DNA from: Chiloscyllium plagiosum
Taxonomy: Eukaryota
DNA length: 35,192 bases
Reading direction: 5' to 3'
NCBI RefSeq assembly: GCF_004010195.1
Contig: NC_057754.1
Span: 4,787,397 to 4,822,588 of the forward strand
This document shows, in pieces, positions 20,125 to 32,645 of the stretch; the first letter of the stretch is position 1; each line of letters opens with the position of its first letter. The notes below the pieces were generated by a model. That model ran no database searches. It saw only the letters and a list, made by a program, of their open reading frames with translations, and was not told where the DNA came from. The translations under genes and the position numbers were made by a program.

Positions 20125-22488
20125 CCACAATTTTATTCTAGTCTGTTAAAAATTAGCTGCTGACAGAGTGATGTCAGAGAGTCTCCTGGAGTGACTTCTG
20201 ATGCCAGCTTAGGTGACAAAACTGAGATTGGGAAACAGGTTTGTGGAATATCCCACTGTTAGAAATTTCAAATGCCCTTGCTACCTATTACGGGCATCTG
20301 CATTTGTCTGATAAAAATGAGATGAGAAGTTATAAAAACCAGTGGAAGTAATATAATGTGAGCCTATTCAAAAAAGTGGTACCAAGTGGTTTCCACATTT
20401 AGGTGGAATTTGGTGTATCTCCCAAGGTGGAAAGCTTGGCAAGGGGGTGCCAAATTGTGCACAGGGCCTAAGAATGGTCTCATGATGGTGGGATGAAATT
20501 ATGACCTTAGGTTCTTGTAGATTTCAAGGTAGCTTGAATTTTCTGACAGCAAGTCGAGAAGCACTTTTACAAGCAACTAAAAGTAATGAATGCACATTAT
20601 CATTTAAAATAAACAGAATTAAGTACATCTTTTCAATCAAACTATCTGGGAATGAGAAACATATGCCTTCGGATTCATCACTGTAAATAAGGGATGTGCA
20701 GCAGGCAAGGTAATTAGCCTGTTATAATTAGAATGAGTAGCAAGTGCCTTTTCCTGCATATTTTATTGATCAACCTATTCAGAGTTATTATTACACAACT
20801 CTGGAGAAGTGAGACTCAAACTCGGGCCTCCTGATCTAGAGGTAGAGGCACTACCACTTCCCCACAAGAACCCATCTACTTTTTTCTATTTGGTGAGTGT
20901 TGACTGTGATCAGGTTATGACAGTCAAAAGGCTATAAGAGTTGTCCAAGGCATGGACAGAGGGAGTGAGGAGAGCTGTACTATATGGGGCAGTGGACAGT
21001 GTTATCTTGGGCAGGGAGATGTGCAGAGGAAGGCAGGAGGCAAGCAAGTTGCAGTTTAAGAGGAAAGACAGGCTGTCTGAGCTAGGAGAGAAAGAGTACA
21101 CCTGCAGCCGAAGGGCATGGAAGGACTGCCCACGGCGGGGAGTGAGATAGGGAAGGAGGCTACTACGTGGTAGAGAACCAGCGCAAGGGTGTAGGGCAAA
21201 TGGAGGAGGGAAGGGCTTAGTGTTTGGGTGTGCTGAATCATCATGGGGTGAGGGAGTGACTCCCCAGGCACAGATGGTTTGAAAAGGTAGAGTTAGTGCT
21301 GGAATTTGAACTGAGGGTCTTAGGCAATGGAAGGAACACTGATAGTGAGGGGAGAGTGGAATGCTCAAGGTGGTAGGTGCAGGTGATGGCTAGTTATCAG
21401 ATGTCCTGTCAGCTGGAGAATAGGTGGCATGGATAGTGAAAGCATTCAGGGTCATGGTGAACATGGGGATTTTAATAGGCATAGGCTCAGTGGCAACAGA
21501 AGGTACGTAAAGGATTATGGTTATTGTTTCAAGGGTAACAGAGGAGAGATAAATGGTAACATTAGATTAGTCAACAATAATGTGGAAAGTTGGTAGGTAA
21601 TGGGAAAGGTGGAAAGTGTGGAGAGTGTTTGGAATATAACATGCACGTGAAATGACTTCTTGAAAGTTTAGTTGCTGAACGATCCTTCAAAGATGAGAGA
21701 AAGATAGTTTTAGTTGGATAAAATTAATGGTGAGCGCAATGGACTGGCTAAAGGAATGCTGTAATAATCATTAGTTAAATAACATATATGAGGCTGCTTT
21801 GTATTATAAGATCCCAAGTAATTGAGGGTAACATGTCAGCATGGATAGAGGATTGGCTAACTAATACAAGATAGAGAGTTGGGCTAAGGGGGGCATTTTC
21901 AGAATGGAAACCTGTAACTAATGGAATACCACAGAGATCAGTGCTGGGGTCCAATTATTTACAATATTTATTTGTGACTTGGATGAGAAAAATAAATGTA
22001 CCATTGCCAAGTTTGCAGATGACATTAAAATAGATGAATGGGCAAAAAATAGATGAACGGGCAAGTGGTGAGGATAACACAAGGGGATTGATGAGGGACA
22101 TTGACATCTTAAGTGAGTGGGCAAAATTGGCAAATGGAATAGTATTTGGGAAGATCTGAGTTACGCAAATTAGCAGAAAGAATAGAGGAACTGCATGTTA
22201 TTTTAAAATAGAAAGGCTGCAAAAAGCTGAGTTGATCCATGAACCACAAAAAAAAAACTAGCATACAACTTTAGTACCTAATTGGAAAGGCAAATGGAAT
22301 GTTGACTTTTGTCTTGAAGGTAATGGAGTAGAAAAACAAGGAAGTATTGTTAATACTATACAAGGCACTAGACAGACCAGATCTTGAATACTGTGAACAG
22401 TTTTGGTCCCCTTATCTAAGGAATGATGTCTTGGCATTGGATGCAGTGGAGAGAAGATTCACCGATGCTGATCCCAGGTATGGAGGAA

Positions 22489-22689
22489 ACAAAAACAGAA
22501 ATTGCTGGAGAAACTCTACAGTTTTGGCAGCAACTTTGGAGATGAAACAGAGTTAATGTTTCAGGACCAGTAGGCTTTATTCGGTTCTGAAATGTTAACT
22601 CTGCAGGCTCTTCACAGATGCTGCCAGACCTGCCGAGTTTTTCCAGCAGTTTCTGTTTTTGTTTCAGAATTGCGTTTTTTTGTTTTATT
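22489..22689 (+). mobile_element. Fold-back PLE-terminus element (family D) inserted in CR1
   Basis: Arms gaaacaaaaacagaaattgctggagaaactc...agagttaatgtttca / tgaaatgttaactct...gagtttttccagcagtttctgtttttgtttc. Exact 15-bp TSD ccaggtatggaggaa at 22474-22488 and 22690-22704. Confidence 0.82.
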
Positions 22690-23011
22690 CCAGGTATGGA
22701 GGAACTGACTCAGGAGAGGTTAAATTAGAATTTAGAAGAATGAGAGGTGATATTATTTAAACATTTAAAATTGTCAGAAGCTTGAGATGCAGAGCAGTTG
22801 TATCACTTTGTGGGAGAGCCTCGGATCAGAGACCATAATCTCAGAGGAAGGAGTTACCCAGATTTGAGGAGGAATTTCTTTCCTCAGACAGTTCGGAATC
22901 TCTGAACTTTCTTAACTGCAGCAGTCAGTTGTTAAGTATATTCAAGACCCAGACAGATTGATTTCTAAATAGTAAGGGAATCAAAAATTATGGGTAATAG
23001 TGGAATTGAGG

Positions 23012-23470
23012 TTAATGATTGGAGCCAGGGTCAGATAGATCTCATTGCTGTGAGGTTCTTGATTGGGGTTGTTAACCTGAGCCAGGCAGGAAGTGCTGGC
23101 TGACAGATTTAAACAGGAGATTCAGAAGGTCCCCTCAGTCTAGGCACTGGTTTTAAGTTGGCTGGCGACAGCCAGTGTACTGTGAGTGGAGTTTCTGCTG
23201 GAGAGATTTTGATTGTGACTGTGTGCTTCCGGTTCTGCTGCTGCTTTTGCAGGTGTTAAACAAAAAGGAGATTCAGAAGGTCTCTTCCGTCTAAAGACTG
23301 GCTTTCATCCGGCTAGTAGTAAGAAAAGGAACAAAAATAACCGAGAGATTCAGTAGATCTCCTCAAACTAAGGACTGGCCTTGAGCTGGCTGGTCACAGC
23401 CCTGTGCAGTGCTAATATAAATAAATGGTGACTTGGTGACAGGATACCGGCCTCTGTGCGTGTTTTCTCA
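23012..23470 (+). mobile_element. Solo LTR inserted in the CR1 3'UTR, with a triplicated internal motif
   Basis: Flanked by tgagg (23007-23011 and 23471-23475), ends in CA, has AATAAA at ~23420, and carries three copies of gagattcag(a/t)ag..c....tcta.g.actgg at ~23117, ~23267 and ~23345. Lacks a clean 5' TG. Confidence 0.72.
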
Positions 23471-25154
23471 TGAGGATTATCAGATCAATCATAATCACAT
23501 TGAACGGCAGAGTAGACTTGATGGGCTGAATGGCTAACTTCTGCTCCTGTGTCTTATAGTCATCTGATACTCCCTTGGAGGGAAGATGACACTTGCTTAA
23601 GACAGTTACCTGCACATGGAGTCTTTTGATGTGGGGAGGCTGTTGTGCTGCACTTTCATAGGTGGGCTTTGGTTTAGATTAGGAGGTAGAGGAGAGGAAA
23701 AAGAGACTGTTTTGAATATAGTGGCTGAGAGAGAAGGTGAGACCTTACTAATGGTATGGGTGAAGTTTAGAGGAAGGAGAGACATGCTTTTAGAGCCACA
23801 GTTGGTGATGGAAGGGAAAGAGAGGCCCTCAGCAGTGGAAATGGATAGGAAATTGAAATTGATAAAATAATACAACTTCCTTTGTTATTAGTGTGAAAGT
23901 ATTTTTCAGGAAAGTTAACTGATGAATAATTACACTAGAAATAAGTTTAATGTTTTTACTAAAATAGAGATCTTTGCCTGTTGGGTATATATATCGGGAA
24001 TTAGGACTTGTTCAGAGCATTGAGGTGTCCCAAAGTTCCACTTAGTGTTGTACTTTGCATTGCATTTATAGTATGTTTAATAACAATGTCAAATTTGACT
24101 TGCCTTATGCATTATATTAATTGTCCTCCATTCTGCTTGTATTCTCTTTGTTAAAACCAAAACTCTTGGCACAATTTCCAATCATATTTATTCTCCCAGA
24201 ACTCAAGAGTAGTGGAACCCCACAGCCAAGATGTCATGCTTCTGAAAACTAGGCATCAGCTAGTCATGCCTTTTTACCTTGTTTTCTTTCACTCCTTACA
24301 ATTCTGCTGGTACTAAGTAGTACTGTAAAGATGGTCCTTCACCAAAATAAAAATCACTGTAAAGTCTTATAGTTAAAATGGCATTGTGGACACATAACCT
24401 ACATCTAATACAAAATACTGCAGATATTGGAAATCTGGAATTAATATAAAAAATGCTTGTAAATTCCAAGCTGCCACAGATGTTGAAATCTTGTACTTAC
24501 AAATAGAAATCACTGCAAATGTTTAGCAAGACAAGTAGATCTGTTGCGACAGAAACATAGTTAGCAATTCAGTTTCATGAGAATGTCTTAATAATGTACT
24601 AACTCTGTATTGCCACAAATGCTGCTGGAGCTTGAATCTTGGTGAATAGCTAGAGCTACATTTATGTTGTTTAGGATATCACTTGATTGGTTACGTTGTG
24701 TTACCGACCTGTAATCTATGCTTATTTGTTCATCTAGAAGGAACTAGACATCTGACACTGAAATATATACAGTTTCATCTTTACCTGTTACAGCATGCAT
24801 AGTCACCCAGATTAGCTGTCTCATTAGCCTTTATGGCCTTTTCCTTAAATGAGAAAACACAGCAGATTGTATGAGCATTTTACCTGCAGCTATATCTATT
24901 CAGATAGTGAGGGAGAGAGCTAGAGCATCAGCACGTGAGTAATGCAATTAAAATTAAACCTTTAGTTGCTGTTGGTGGGAACAAGATTTACTGCAGCACA
25001 TTAAGCTGGCAGAATGCTGGCTATTCACACAAACTATCTTCAATCTCAATTGAGCCAAATTACTTTTCAGAAAGTTGTATTGAGTGAAACTGAAGTTTTC
25101 AATCACCCTTAAAACAGAAAAACAATTTTCTGTAAAGGATTGCATTTTAAAAAT

Positions 25155-26420
25155 AACAACTTGTAATTATATAGTACCTTTACCATAATAAAAAATCCTA
25201 AGTCTTTTATTTGTCATTTATATAAATGATTTAGATGAGAATGTAGAAGGCATGGTTATTAGGTTTGCAGACAACACCAAAATTGGTGTCATAAGTAGAC
25301 AGTAAAGAAGGTTTTCTAAGATTACAAAGGCATCTTGATCAAATGGGTCAAAATGGGCTCAAAAATAGCAAGTGGAGTTTAATCTGGATAAATGCAAGCT
25401 ATTGCATTTTGGTAGAACAAACAAGGTAGGGCATGTATGATTAATGGTAGGGCCTTGGGTAGAGTTTTAGAACAGAGGGACCTAGGAGTTCAGGTTCATA
25501 ATTCTTTGAAGTTGTGTCACATATAGAAAAGGTGGTTGGCATGCTTACCTTCATTGCTCAGTGTAGGAGTTGGAAAGTCATGTTGAGGTTGTTCAGTATA
25601 TTGGTAAAGCCTCTTCTGGAATACTGTGTCCAATTCTGGTTGCCTAGTTATAGAAAGGATATTATTAAGCTGGAGAGGGTTCAGAAGAGATTTACTAGGA
25701 TGTTACTGGGTCTGGAAGGTTTGAGTTATAAAGGAATGCTGGATAGGCTGGGACTTTTTTCACTGCAGCGTAGGAGGTTGAGCGATGACTAATGAAAGTT
25801 TATAAAATCATGAGGGGTACAGGTATGGTGAATTGCAGGTATCTTTTCCCGAGGGTAGGGATTTCAAGACTATAGGGCATATTTTTAAGGTGAGAGGAGA
25901 GAGATTTAAAAAAGATATGAGGGGCAAATAATTTTACACAGAGTGGTTCCTGTGTGGAATGAACTTCCTGAGGAAGTGGTGGATGTAGATACAATTACAG
26001 GGTTTAAAAGACCTTTGGATACTTCATGAATAGGAAAGGTTTGGAAGGACATGGGCCAGGAGCAGGCAGGTGGGACTAGTTTAGTTTGGGATTATATTTG
26101 GCATGGACTGGTTGGACCGAAGAGTCTGTTTCATGCTGTATGACTCTGACTTGATGACATGAGCTTTACAAAGCAAAATTTGTAACCCACATAAGGATAC
26201 ATCAGTTGGATGACTTAGACTTTAGTGAAGAGACATGTTTCTAAGGAGTGTTTAAAGGAAGTAAGACAGCCGGAGAGTTTTCAAAGGAAATTCATGAGTT
26301 TAAGGCTTTGGCAGCTGAAGGCACCAATGGTGGAGTGATGAAAATCAGAAATGTGATTGGAAGAGTGTAGAGATAGATCTTTGAGAGTTGAAAGATTAGA
26401 GATCATAGAGTTAGAGAAGC
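25155..26420 (-). mobile_element. Old L2-like 3' end split by the CR1 above (pieces ~25155-25208 and ~26161-26420)
   Basis: acaacttgtaattatatagtaccttta...aag..ttta resumes as gctttacaaag...aggagtgtttaaagga...ggcagctgaaggcac. Recalled similarity to L2 tails; a related plus-strand copy lies at 34280-34438. Confidence 0.4.
25210..26159 (+). mobile_element. 5'-truncated CR1 LINE (end of RT and 3'UTR)
   Basis: VIYINDLDE...RFADNTK, EFNLDKCKLLHFG, PLLEYCVQFWLPSYRKDIIKLERVQKRFTRML; 3'UTR ggaccgaagagtctgtttcatgctgtatgactct. Confidence 0.93.
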
Positions 26421-26603
26421 TATGCAAGATTAGTTACAAGAAAATTGAAGGATGGGCTATTTACTGGAGCAAGGAATGTCAATTAGAAATAACAGTAGAA
26501 AATTGTAGAGAAGTTTGGATAGGTATGTCATGAAGATTTTTTATACTGACTGATAACTTGTTGCTGACAGTACAAAGAGTGAACAAGACTTTTCTTTTAA
26601 AAC

Positions 26604-26813
26604 GGGAAAGTGAGGTCTGCAGATGCTGGAGATCAGAGCTGAAAATGTGTTGCTGGAAAAGCGCAGCAGGTCAGGCAGCATCCAGGGAACAGGAGAATCG
26701 ACGTTTCGAGCATAAGCCCTTCCTGAAGAAGGGCTTATGCCCGAAACGTCGATTCTCCTGTTCCCTGGATGCTGCCTGACCTGCTGCGCTTTTCCAGCAA
26801 CACATTTTCAGCG
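26604..26813 (-). mobile_element. Young fold-back PLE-terminus element (family A), opposite orientation to 5939-6157
   Basis: Nearly identical to 5939-6157, with the tail gaaagtgaggtctgcagatgctggagatc on the left and a shortened centre (gcccttcctgaagaagggc). Intact hammerhead core on + at 26723-26750. Exact 15-bp TSD cttttcttttaaaac at 26589-26603 and 26814-26828. Confidence 0.9.
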
Positions 26814-28496
26814 CTTTTCTTTTAAAACATCAAGAGTTAATAGAATCTGGAATTCATTACCACATTGAAGCTTGGGCAATAGCATCATGATATGTTAATT
26901 GGCCAAATGCATAAAGAAAATATTAAATGGCAACTGCATAAGACTGAAGTAGCCTCCAGTGCTTAAATTTCCTTGAACAATGGGATGCTTCCTAGCGATG
27001 CACAAGGAAAGTGAACCAAGGAAAGCTTATATCACATCTGTGTGGAAGTCGACATCATGACATATTGGGAAGGGGCAAGTTTGCAACCCACATCAGGATG
27101 CACAAGTTTCTTGAGTAACTGGAATGGCTTCTTTGTAGAGCAGTGGAGGTTAGTACCTTTGAAAATTGAGATGTTATGATAAGAGTTAAGAGCTATGTAG
27201 GTTTTGAGAAGAAAATTAGCTGAATGAGATTAATAATCTATTTGTTTGTCCTATGTGATTTAATATACATTGTAAATATATTGCATTCACATACTAAAGC
27301 CACAAGTATTTCATGAATATCTTGAGATGTAGTCATAAATGTAGTATAATAGAAGTGTTTACACGGCTGTACAAGTACATTTACCCATATTATATTTTTT
27401 TGCTGCAAAGTAAAGGACACGGTGAAGGGCATGTATACCTGACCGTTAAGACTTGACCGATTTATTGCTGAGTAAAGTTATTTTTATAGTGCTGCTTGTT
27501 TCTACAAATAAAATCATGTGCTTTAAGGTGGTCTGATGCAAAGAAGTGAAGATCCAGGTACTTTGCTATAAACCTGCATCAAATTTGGCATTACACATTG
27601 TTTCTGCTGTTCCTGATGATTTTGCTGTGATGATTCCCATTAATGTAGGTCTGCCTTGCCTGAGCCATTCCAATGGAATAAAGTTTTAGGAAGTATACAT
27701 TTGGGTAAAGCGAGGACTGTATTGGACTCGGCTGGGGTGATAAGAGTACTAACATTTGCTGTACTGACTCGTGCAAATAATGACCAGTTGAAAGGGACGC
27801 TGAGGGGTTGGTGGCACCAGAGGAAAGGAGGTCAACACCTGCAATAGAGAAAGAGTAGTTTCTTGTATGATGACCGAGGCTGGAGGAGAGCTGCGTCACT
27901 TTAGTTCCAGTACTCCATGGTTCTCCACAAAATGAAATAAAAATACTTCCTCCAGTTACTGAGATGACCAATTAAATATCTTATCTGTATCAGATTATAA
28001 ACAACAAGGTCTATCTACCAGGTTTCTTATTAAATGTAATTATTACTTTATTATCAGAACAAAACTTACTCAATGAAGATGCAATATTTGATTAATATAC
28101 ACAGTAGTATGGAAACATAAATGCCCATCTCTCTAAATATCCCCAAATTGCACACACATATGCTTCAGAAAAAGAGAAAAAAAGATTTCTCTGTAGAGGT
28201 TAGTTTTTTTGAAAAACAATACTTTGGTCAAAGGGTTAATTTTGAAACCAAAAGGATAAAGCGTTGAATATTCTGCAGTCTGTTGTTAGCAAATTTTATT
28301 CCAACTCAGCTTGTTCTTAGTAGGCTTTCCTTCAACTGAACCAGTTAAAAATATGTATCTTTTCAAGCCAGTCACTTTTTTAAGAACAATCCGAGCAGAG
28401 TTGTACAATAAAGGAAGCAGTTATTGCCAGCCATATAATTTCTAGGAAGTCTTGTTCAAAAAAACTCCTATGACTGCAGTGACTTACAGTAAAATA

Positions 28497-28628
28497 GAAC
28501 AAAGAACTGCAGATTCTGGAAATCTGGAGCAAAAACAGAATTTGCTGGAGCAACTTGGCAGGTCTGTCAGCATTCTTGGAGAGATAACAAGAGTTAATGT
28601 TCTGGGTTCTGTAAACCCTTCTTCAGGA
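28497..28628 (-). mobile_element. Single-arm PLE-terminus fragment (family D) ending at a degenerate hammerhead core
   Basis: aactgcagattctggaaatctgg..caaaaacagaatttgctggag...agagttaatgtt...cccttcttcagg; similar to 22489-22565. Confidence 0.6.
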
Positions 28629-29275
28629 CATAAGGACCTCCCACAATTTCTGTCATTGTTTGTGAACTTTCTGTTTGTGAACTTTCAGTAACTTATTTCA
28701 AAGAGGCACTTTGAAGTATTTTTACAAAACCTGAAATAAGTCAATTTTCCACAATAATTTAAAGCTAACTTGCTTCAAGCAATATTATATATAAAGCATC
28801 CTTGTAACACTAGTTACAAAATTCAGAGAAGTCTTGGAAACCAGTCAGCAGTAAGGATATTTCCACTTTGTGAAAGTTTGATGATCTTCTGTGGGTTAGT
28901 CAGGAATGTTGCTAATTCAAAATGTGACAGACAGCTTTGATCATTTATAAACATTTAATGGTTTCTTTTAAACTTGAAATTCAAACAGATTTTATCAACA
29001 CCAAGTAAGTACATAGCTGAGTGTAAAGTTTGATTTTTGTGCATTGGTGCAAAGTGGGTGATAATTGGCAGACTACTATTTTTCCCCTCATTTTTAGGTT
29101 TGCTTTGGCTCTGTTGCAAAAAGTCACAGTCATCTTCAGTGAATGTCAACGAGTCATTTTGTGATACTTGGAACACATTTAGATTTCAAACTCCATTCTG
29201 TTTTATAATTTTGATTTGGACTTTTTTTTCTTTCACCGTCCAAAATACGTGTCTTCACATAGTTTAGAAACCACT

Positions 29276-29630
29276 TAGGAACATAAGAACATGAGTAGGT
29301 CATTCAGCCCTTCGAGTCTACTCCACCTTTTAATACGAACATGGCTGATCGAACATTTAAATGCCTTTTATCCATCCCCAATCACCCTATATAAGCACTG
29401 GTAATCAAACCTTTATTAATCTTTAGCTAAAACATACTCAAAGACTAAGCCCCTGTGGTAGACAATTTGAAAGGTTCACGGCCCTCTGAATAAAAACAAA
29501 ATTCTTCCTAGCTCAGACCTAAGCGGCATCCCTCATATTTATAAATTGTGCTCTATAGTTCAAGACTTGCCAACCAGAGAAATATTTTATTGCATCTACC
29601 CTGTGTACCCTTTTGAGTATTTTGTAAATT
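29276..29630 (-). mobile_element. Old CR1 LINE 3' end
   Basis: acataagaacatgagtaggtcattcagcccttcgagtctactccacc...catggctgatc is the reverse complement of a CR1 3'UTR. Confidence 0.7.
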
Positions 29631-32260
29631 TTAACTTTGGGAATATTTGTTAGGCGGTAGAGCAAAATAGCTCTGATGTTTGAATGTACTGGTATTTATT
29701 TGCAGACAATTTACTGTTTTCAATTTTCAGATAAAATTTATATTGCGCCACCAAAATGTAAGGCACAGGAAGTACCCGTACAGGTACATTATCAGAATTT
29801 GATTGGTCATTTATTTAGAAAAAATTCTTAAAATTCTTGTTCTTCACTGATATGGAGTATCTTCAGAGACATCAGCAATTCAGAATCAGTGTCATGGGGG
29901 AGCAGAGATGAAATAAAGTTCTCATGTGTGGGCTGCAGGGCACCCACATCGATTTGCACATTTTTGTTATTGTGTATATAAATCTCTGAACTTAAATAGT
30001 TTTAAGAAAGTAAGAATGTGATTTAGAAAGAATGAAGAAAAATTGAGCAGAAATAAGTCCAGAATCTCCTCAGAGATGCAGGAAATATAGATGGAATTTG
30101 GAATCCTTCTTGATGGACTTAGAAGAAAATGTCTTCAATACAAAATTTATGCTTCAGTCTCTGGGTTAGCTCTACCCTTCCTCTCAAGACTTGTTAAACA
30201 TTGCCAAGTGTTGGGAAAATAATGTCAAAATGAGCATATGTCTTGTTACCGTTTTAATTTCCCACTGTCTCCAAAGACATGATTGGTATACCCATTTTCC
30301 AAGTTAGGATAGCACAAATACAAAAAAAAAATGCCAAGAGGTGTTGAGTTGTTGCATGGGGTCAAGCAGTCTATGTATTTTATGTTGTTTTGCAATTTTA
30401 TACCAAACGGTAAGCTGCTGTACAGAACTGGCACTTTGTATTTAAAGCCTTTGCAGCAGAGTATGGGTGCCAGCTAAATAGAAGCTTGTAAATTTATGCT
30501 TGACAATGCCATTGACTGCGCACTATTAGCTTGTCACAGTATTGTAGTTAGTGTTGCTATAATTTTGTAGGACCTGAAAATCTATTTCTGCAGCAAGGAA
30601 ATAGTAGAGAGTACAACAACTTATGAAATCCCCAGAACATATATCTGAAAAATGTAACAGTAAAATTTTTTTTGATTAAAACAAAACAGTCCAAGCTATT
30701 AGAATGACTCTTATATGTATAAACATATAAGGAGGCAGAGGGCAACAGAACAGTCAGTCAGACAGTGCATTATAATCATTGCATCATCCACTAATCAACA
30801 TTACCAGCATCTAGCCAGTTTTCAGCCAACCTGAACTAATCACCATCAGCGGGAAGGGAGAGTTCAAGCTTGTTCCGTTGTGGGAGTCTGAGCAGTGGAA
30901 TCATCACATGAAGTAATGACAGAGCAGAAGTCAAGACAGGATTCAGAGGTATAGAGCCTGAACCAAGAAGACATCTGGCAAGAGCAGGAGAGGGAATTGT
31001 TAGGAACAGTAGAAATGTAAAAATTGTCATTTGAGGGATTATTTAATCTGAAACCCTAACTGAGAGATTGAGTCCTTTGTGTTAAATAAGGTAGTTATTG
31101 CAAAAGATGTTTTTATTTTTACTGTTCATCTTGTTCCTGTTTATCATGTCTCTTCTGCTCAACCTTCCAATTTCCCTCCTGGAAACAAATTCTATGATAC
31201 ATTCGCAATGCTTTGGAGCTCTTGGTTAAAATGTTCAATGACAAATGTGTATGATCTGTATGCCCCATTGGAGATGGAGAAGGACAGAGTGGGTAGTAGT
31301 AATGAGAAAGCAAAAGACTTGCAAATTATAGATTATTTCTACATTAAATGAAGAGTTTGGTTCATTATAGAGAGACAGAAAATGTTAAGTAGTATGTACA
31401 GAAGAGCCTCACTGTGGGTTAACATTGCATATTGTTCAGTAACTGCTAGTTTTTGGTTTAAGGTCCTTGACATGAATCTTAGCTCACTCCAGAGATAAGT
31501 GTGTCCTTAGGGATATTTTACAGAAACCGTCTGCTCAGATAACCTTAGTGTTTAGTACTAATATGATGGTATCCTTTTCAAAGTACTCTCCACTCTTTCA
31601 TGTTCCTACAATGATAAATATAGTACTTCATTTTATAATTTTTCCTCCTTTTTCTTTCATTGCTGAGTTGTATTCTTTACCACAACTGACAAAGACTGTC
31701 AAGAAAATAGTTCAGGGAGAAGAATCAGCAGACAATGAGCCAAGGACCTCCTCATGAGCAGAGTATACAAATTAAATGAATGGATTATTTGCTGTGCTAA
31801 ATATTTTCAGGGAAAACTCAGGTTAATTAACCATTTTATTCTGAAATATCAGCCAGGCACTTCACCTACTGTGTTATGGTCACAGCGAGGTTCCTTTTTT
31901 CTGTTTAATCATTTTCTGTTACTGTCTTGAAAGTATTGATTCATGTGGACATATGGTTCAATCAGTACTGGCCCTGTTGGCTGTTCAATATCACTGAATT
32001 GAGACAGTGAATGTCAACATTTTTTTGAGTGGGGTTCATCACAGTTAAACATGTTATCTTGAAGATACATTTTCTGATCAAGGATTTCAGATACAGATGC
32101 TCAATACACTCATGTCAATTTCCAATGTGCCATGTTGTACAATACTAAAAATAGCATGCAGTGCCACGTAGATTGTTGTCTTTTCCAAAGAAAATCATAC
32201 TTTATAGAATCTCAACATCATGTATAAATAAACTTAATTAATATCTAATTTATTGGCGAA

Positions 32261-32645
32261 GTGGTGGCATTGTGATAATATCATTGGACTAGTAATTCAG
32301 AGTGCCAGGCTAATGTTCTTGGGATATAGTTTCAAATTCCACTATGGCAGTTTCTGAAATTTGAATTGAATAAAAATCTGGAATTGAAAGCTTGCCTGAT
32401 GGTGACTGTTGATTTTTATAAAAACCCATTGGTTTACTAATGTCCTTCAGGGAATAAAATCTTCTATCCTTTTCTGATCTGGCTTAATGTGACTCCAGAC
32501 CAATAGCAGTGCAGTTCATGCTTAACTGTCCTCTGAAATGGCCTAGTAAATCACTCAATTCCAGGTCAGTTAGGCAAATTAGGATGGTCAATAAATGCTA
32601 GGCTAGCTAGCAAACGCATATCCCATGAGCATATACTAAAAAAAA
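32261..32645 (+). mobile_element. tRNA-derived SINE (second family)
   Basis: A-box-like tggcattgtgat, B-box-like gtttcaaattcc, body gtgactccagacc...cttaactgtcctctgaaatggcctag, and A-rich end; related copy at 33960-34256. Confidence 0.7.

Larger units (their letters stand above)
18542..20129 (-). mobile_element. 5'-truncated Penelope-like retroelement (GIY-YIG end, microsatellite-rich 3' region, terminal hammerhead); spans the assembly gap
   Basis: GIY-YIG coding fragment at the right end, (TG)n-rich region, hammerhead motif at 18631-18665, and an exact 11-bp TSD attttattcta at 18531-18541 and 20130-20140. Confidence 0.88.
21808..23561 (+). mobile_element. 5'-truncated CR1 LINE (RT domain to 3'UTR), interrupted by two later insertions
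   Basis: WIEDWLT, GIPQRSVLG, KFADDIK, LYKALDRPDLEYCEQFWSPYLRNDVLALDAVERRFT; 3'UTR ending gctgaatggctaacttctgctcctgtgtcttatagtc. Confidence 0.92.

Noticed and set aside
20900..21560. Purine-rich region with a 152-aa minus-strand ORF
   Set aside because: Low-complexity Pro/Ser/Leu translation with no motif; possibly an old transposon remnant but unsupported.
27656..27847. ORF with NDQLKG...QHLQ, faintly like the SPTBN1 alternative N-terminus (YNQLEGRFKQLQ)
   Set aside because: Spacing is wrong, it ends in a stop rather than a phase-1 donor, and similarity is at chance level.
28657..28686. 15-bp tandem duplication tgtttgtgaactttc x2
   Set aside because: Ordinary slippage duplication; no spacer structure, so not CRISPR-like.
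29731..29783. Possible cassette exon (ttttcag|ATAAAA...GTACAG|gtacat)
   Set aside because: Weak donor, 53 nt would not preserve the frame between phase-1 junctions, and no spectrin similarity.
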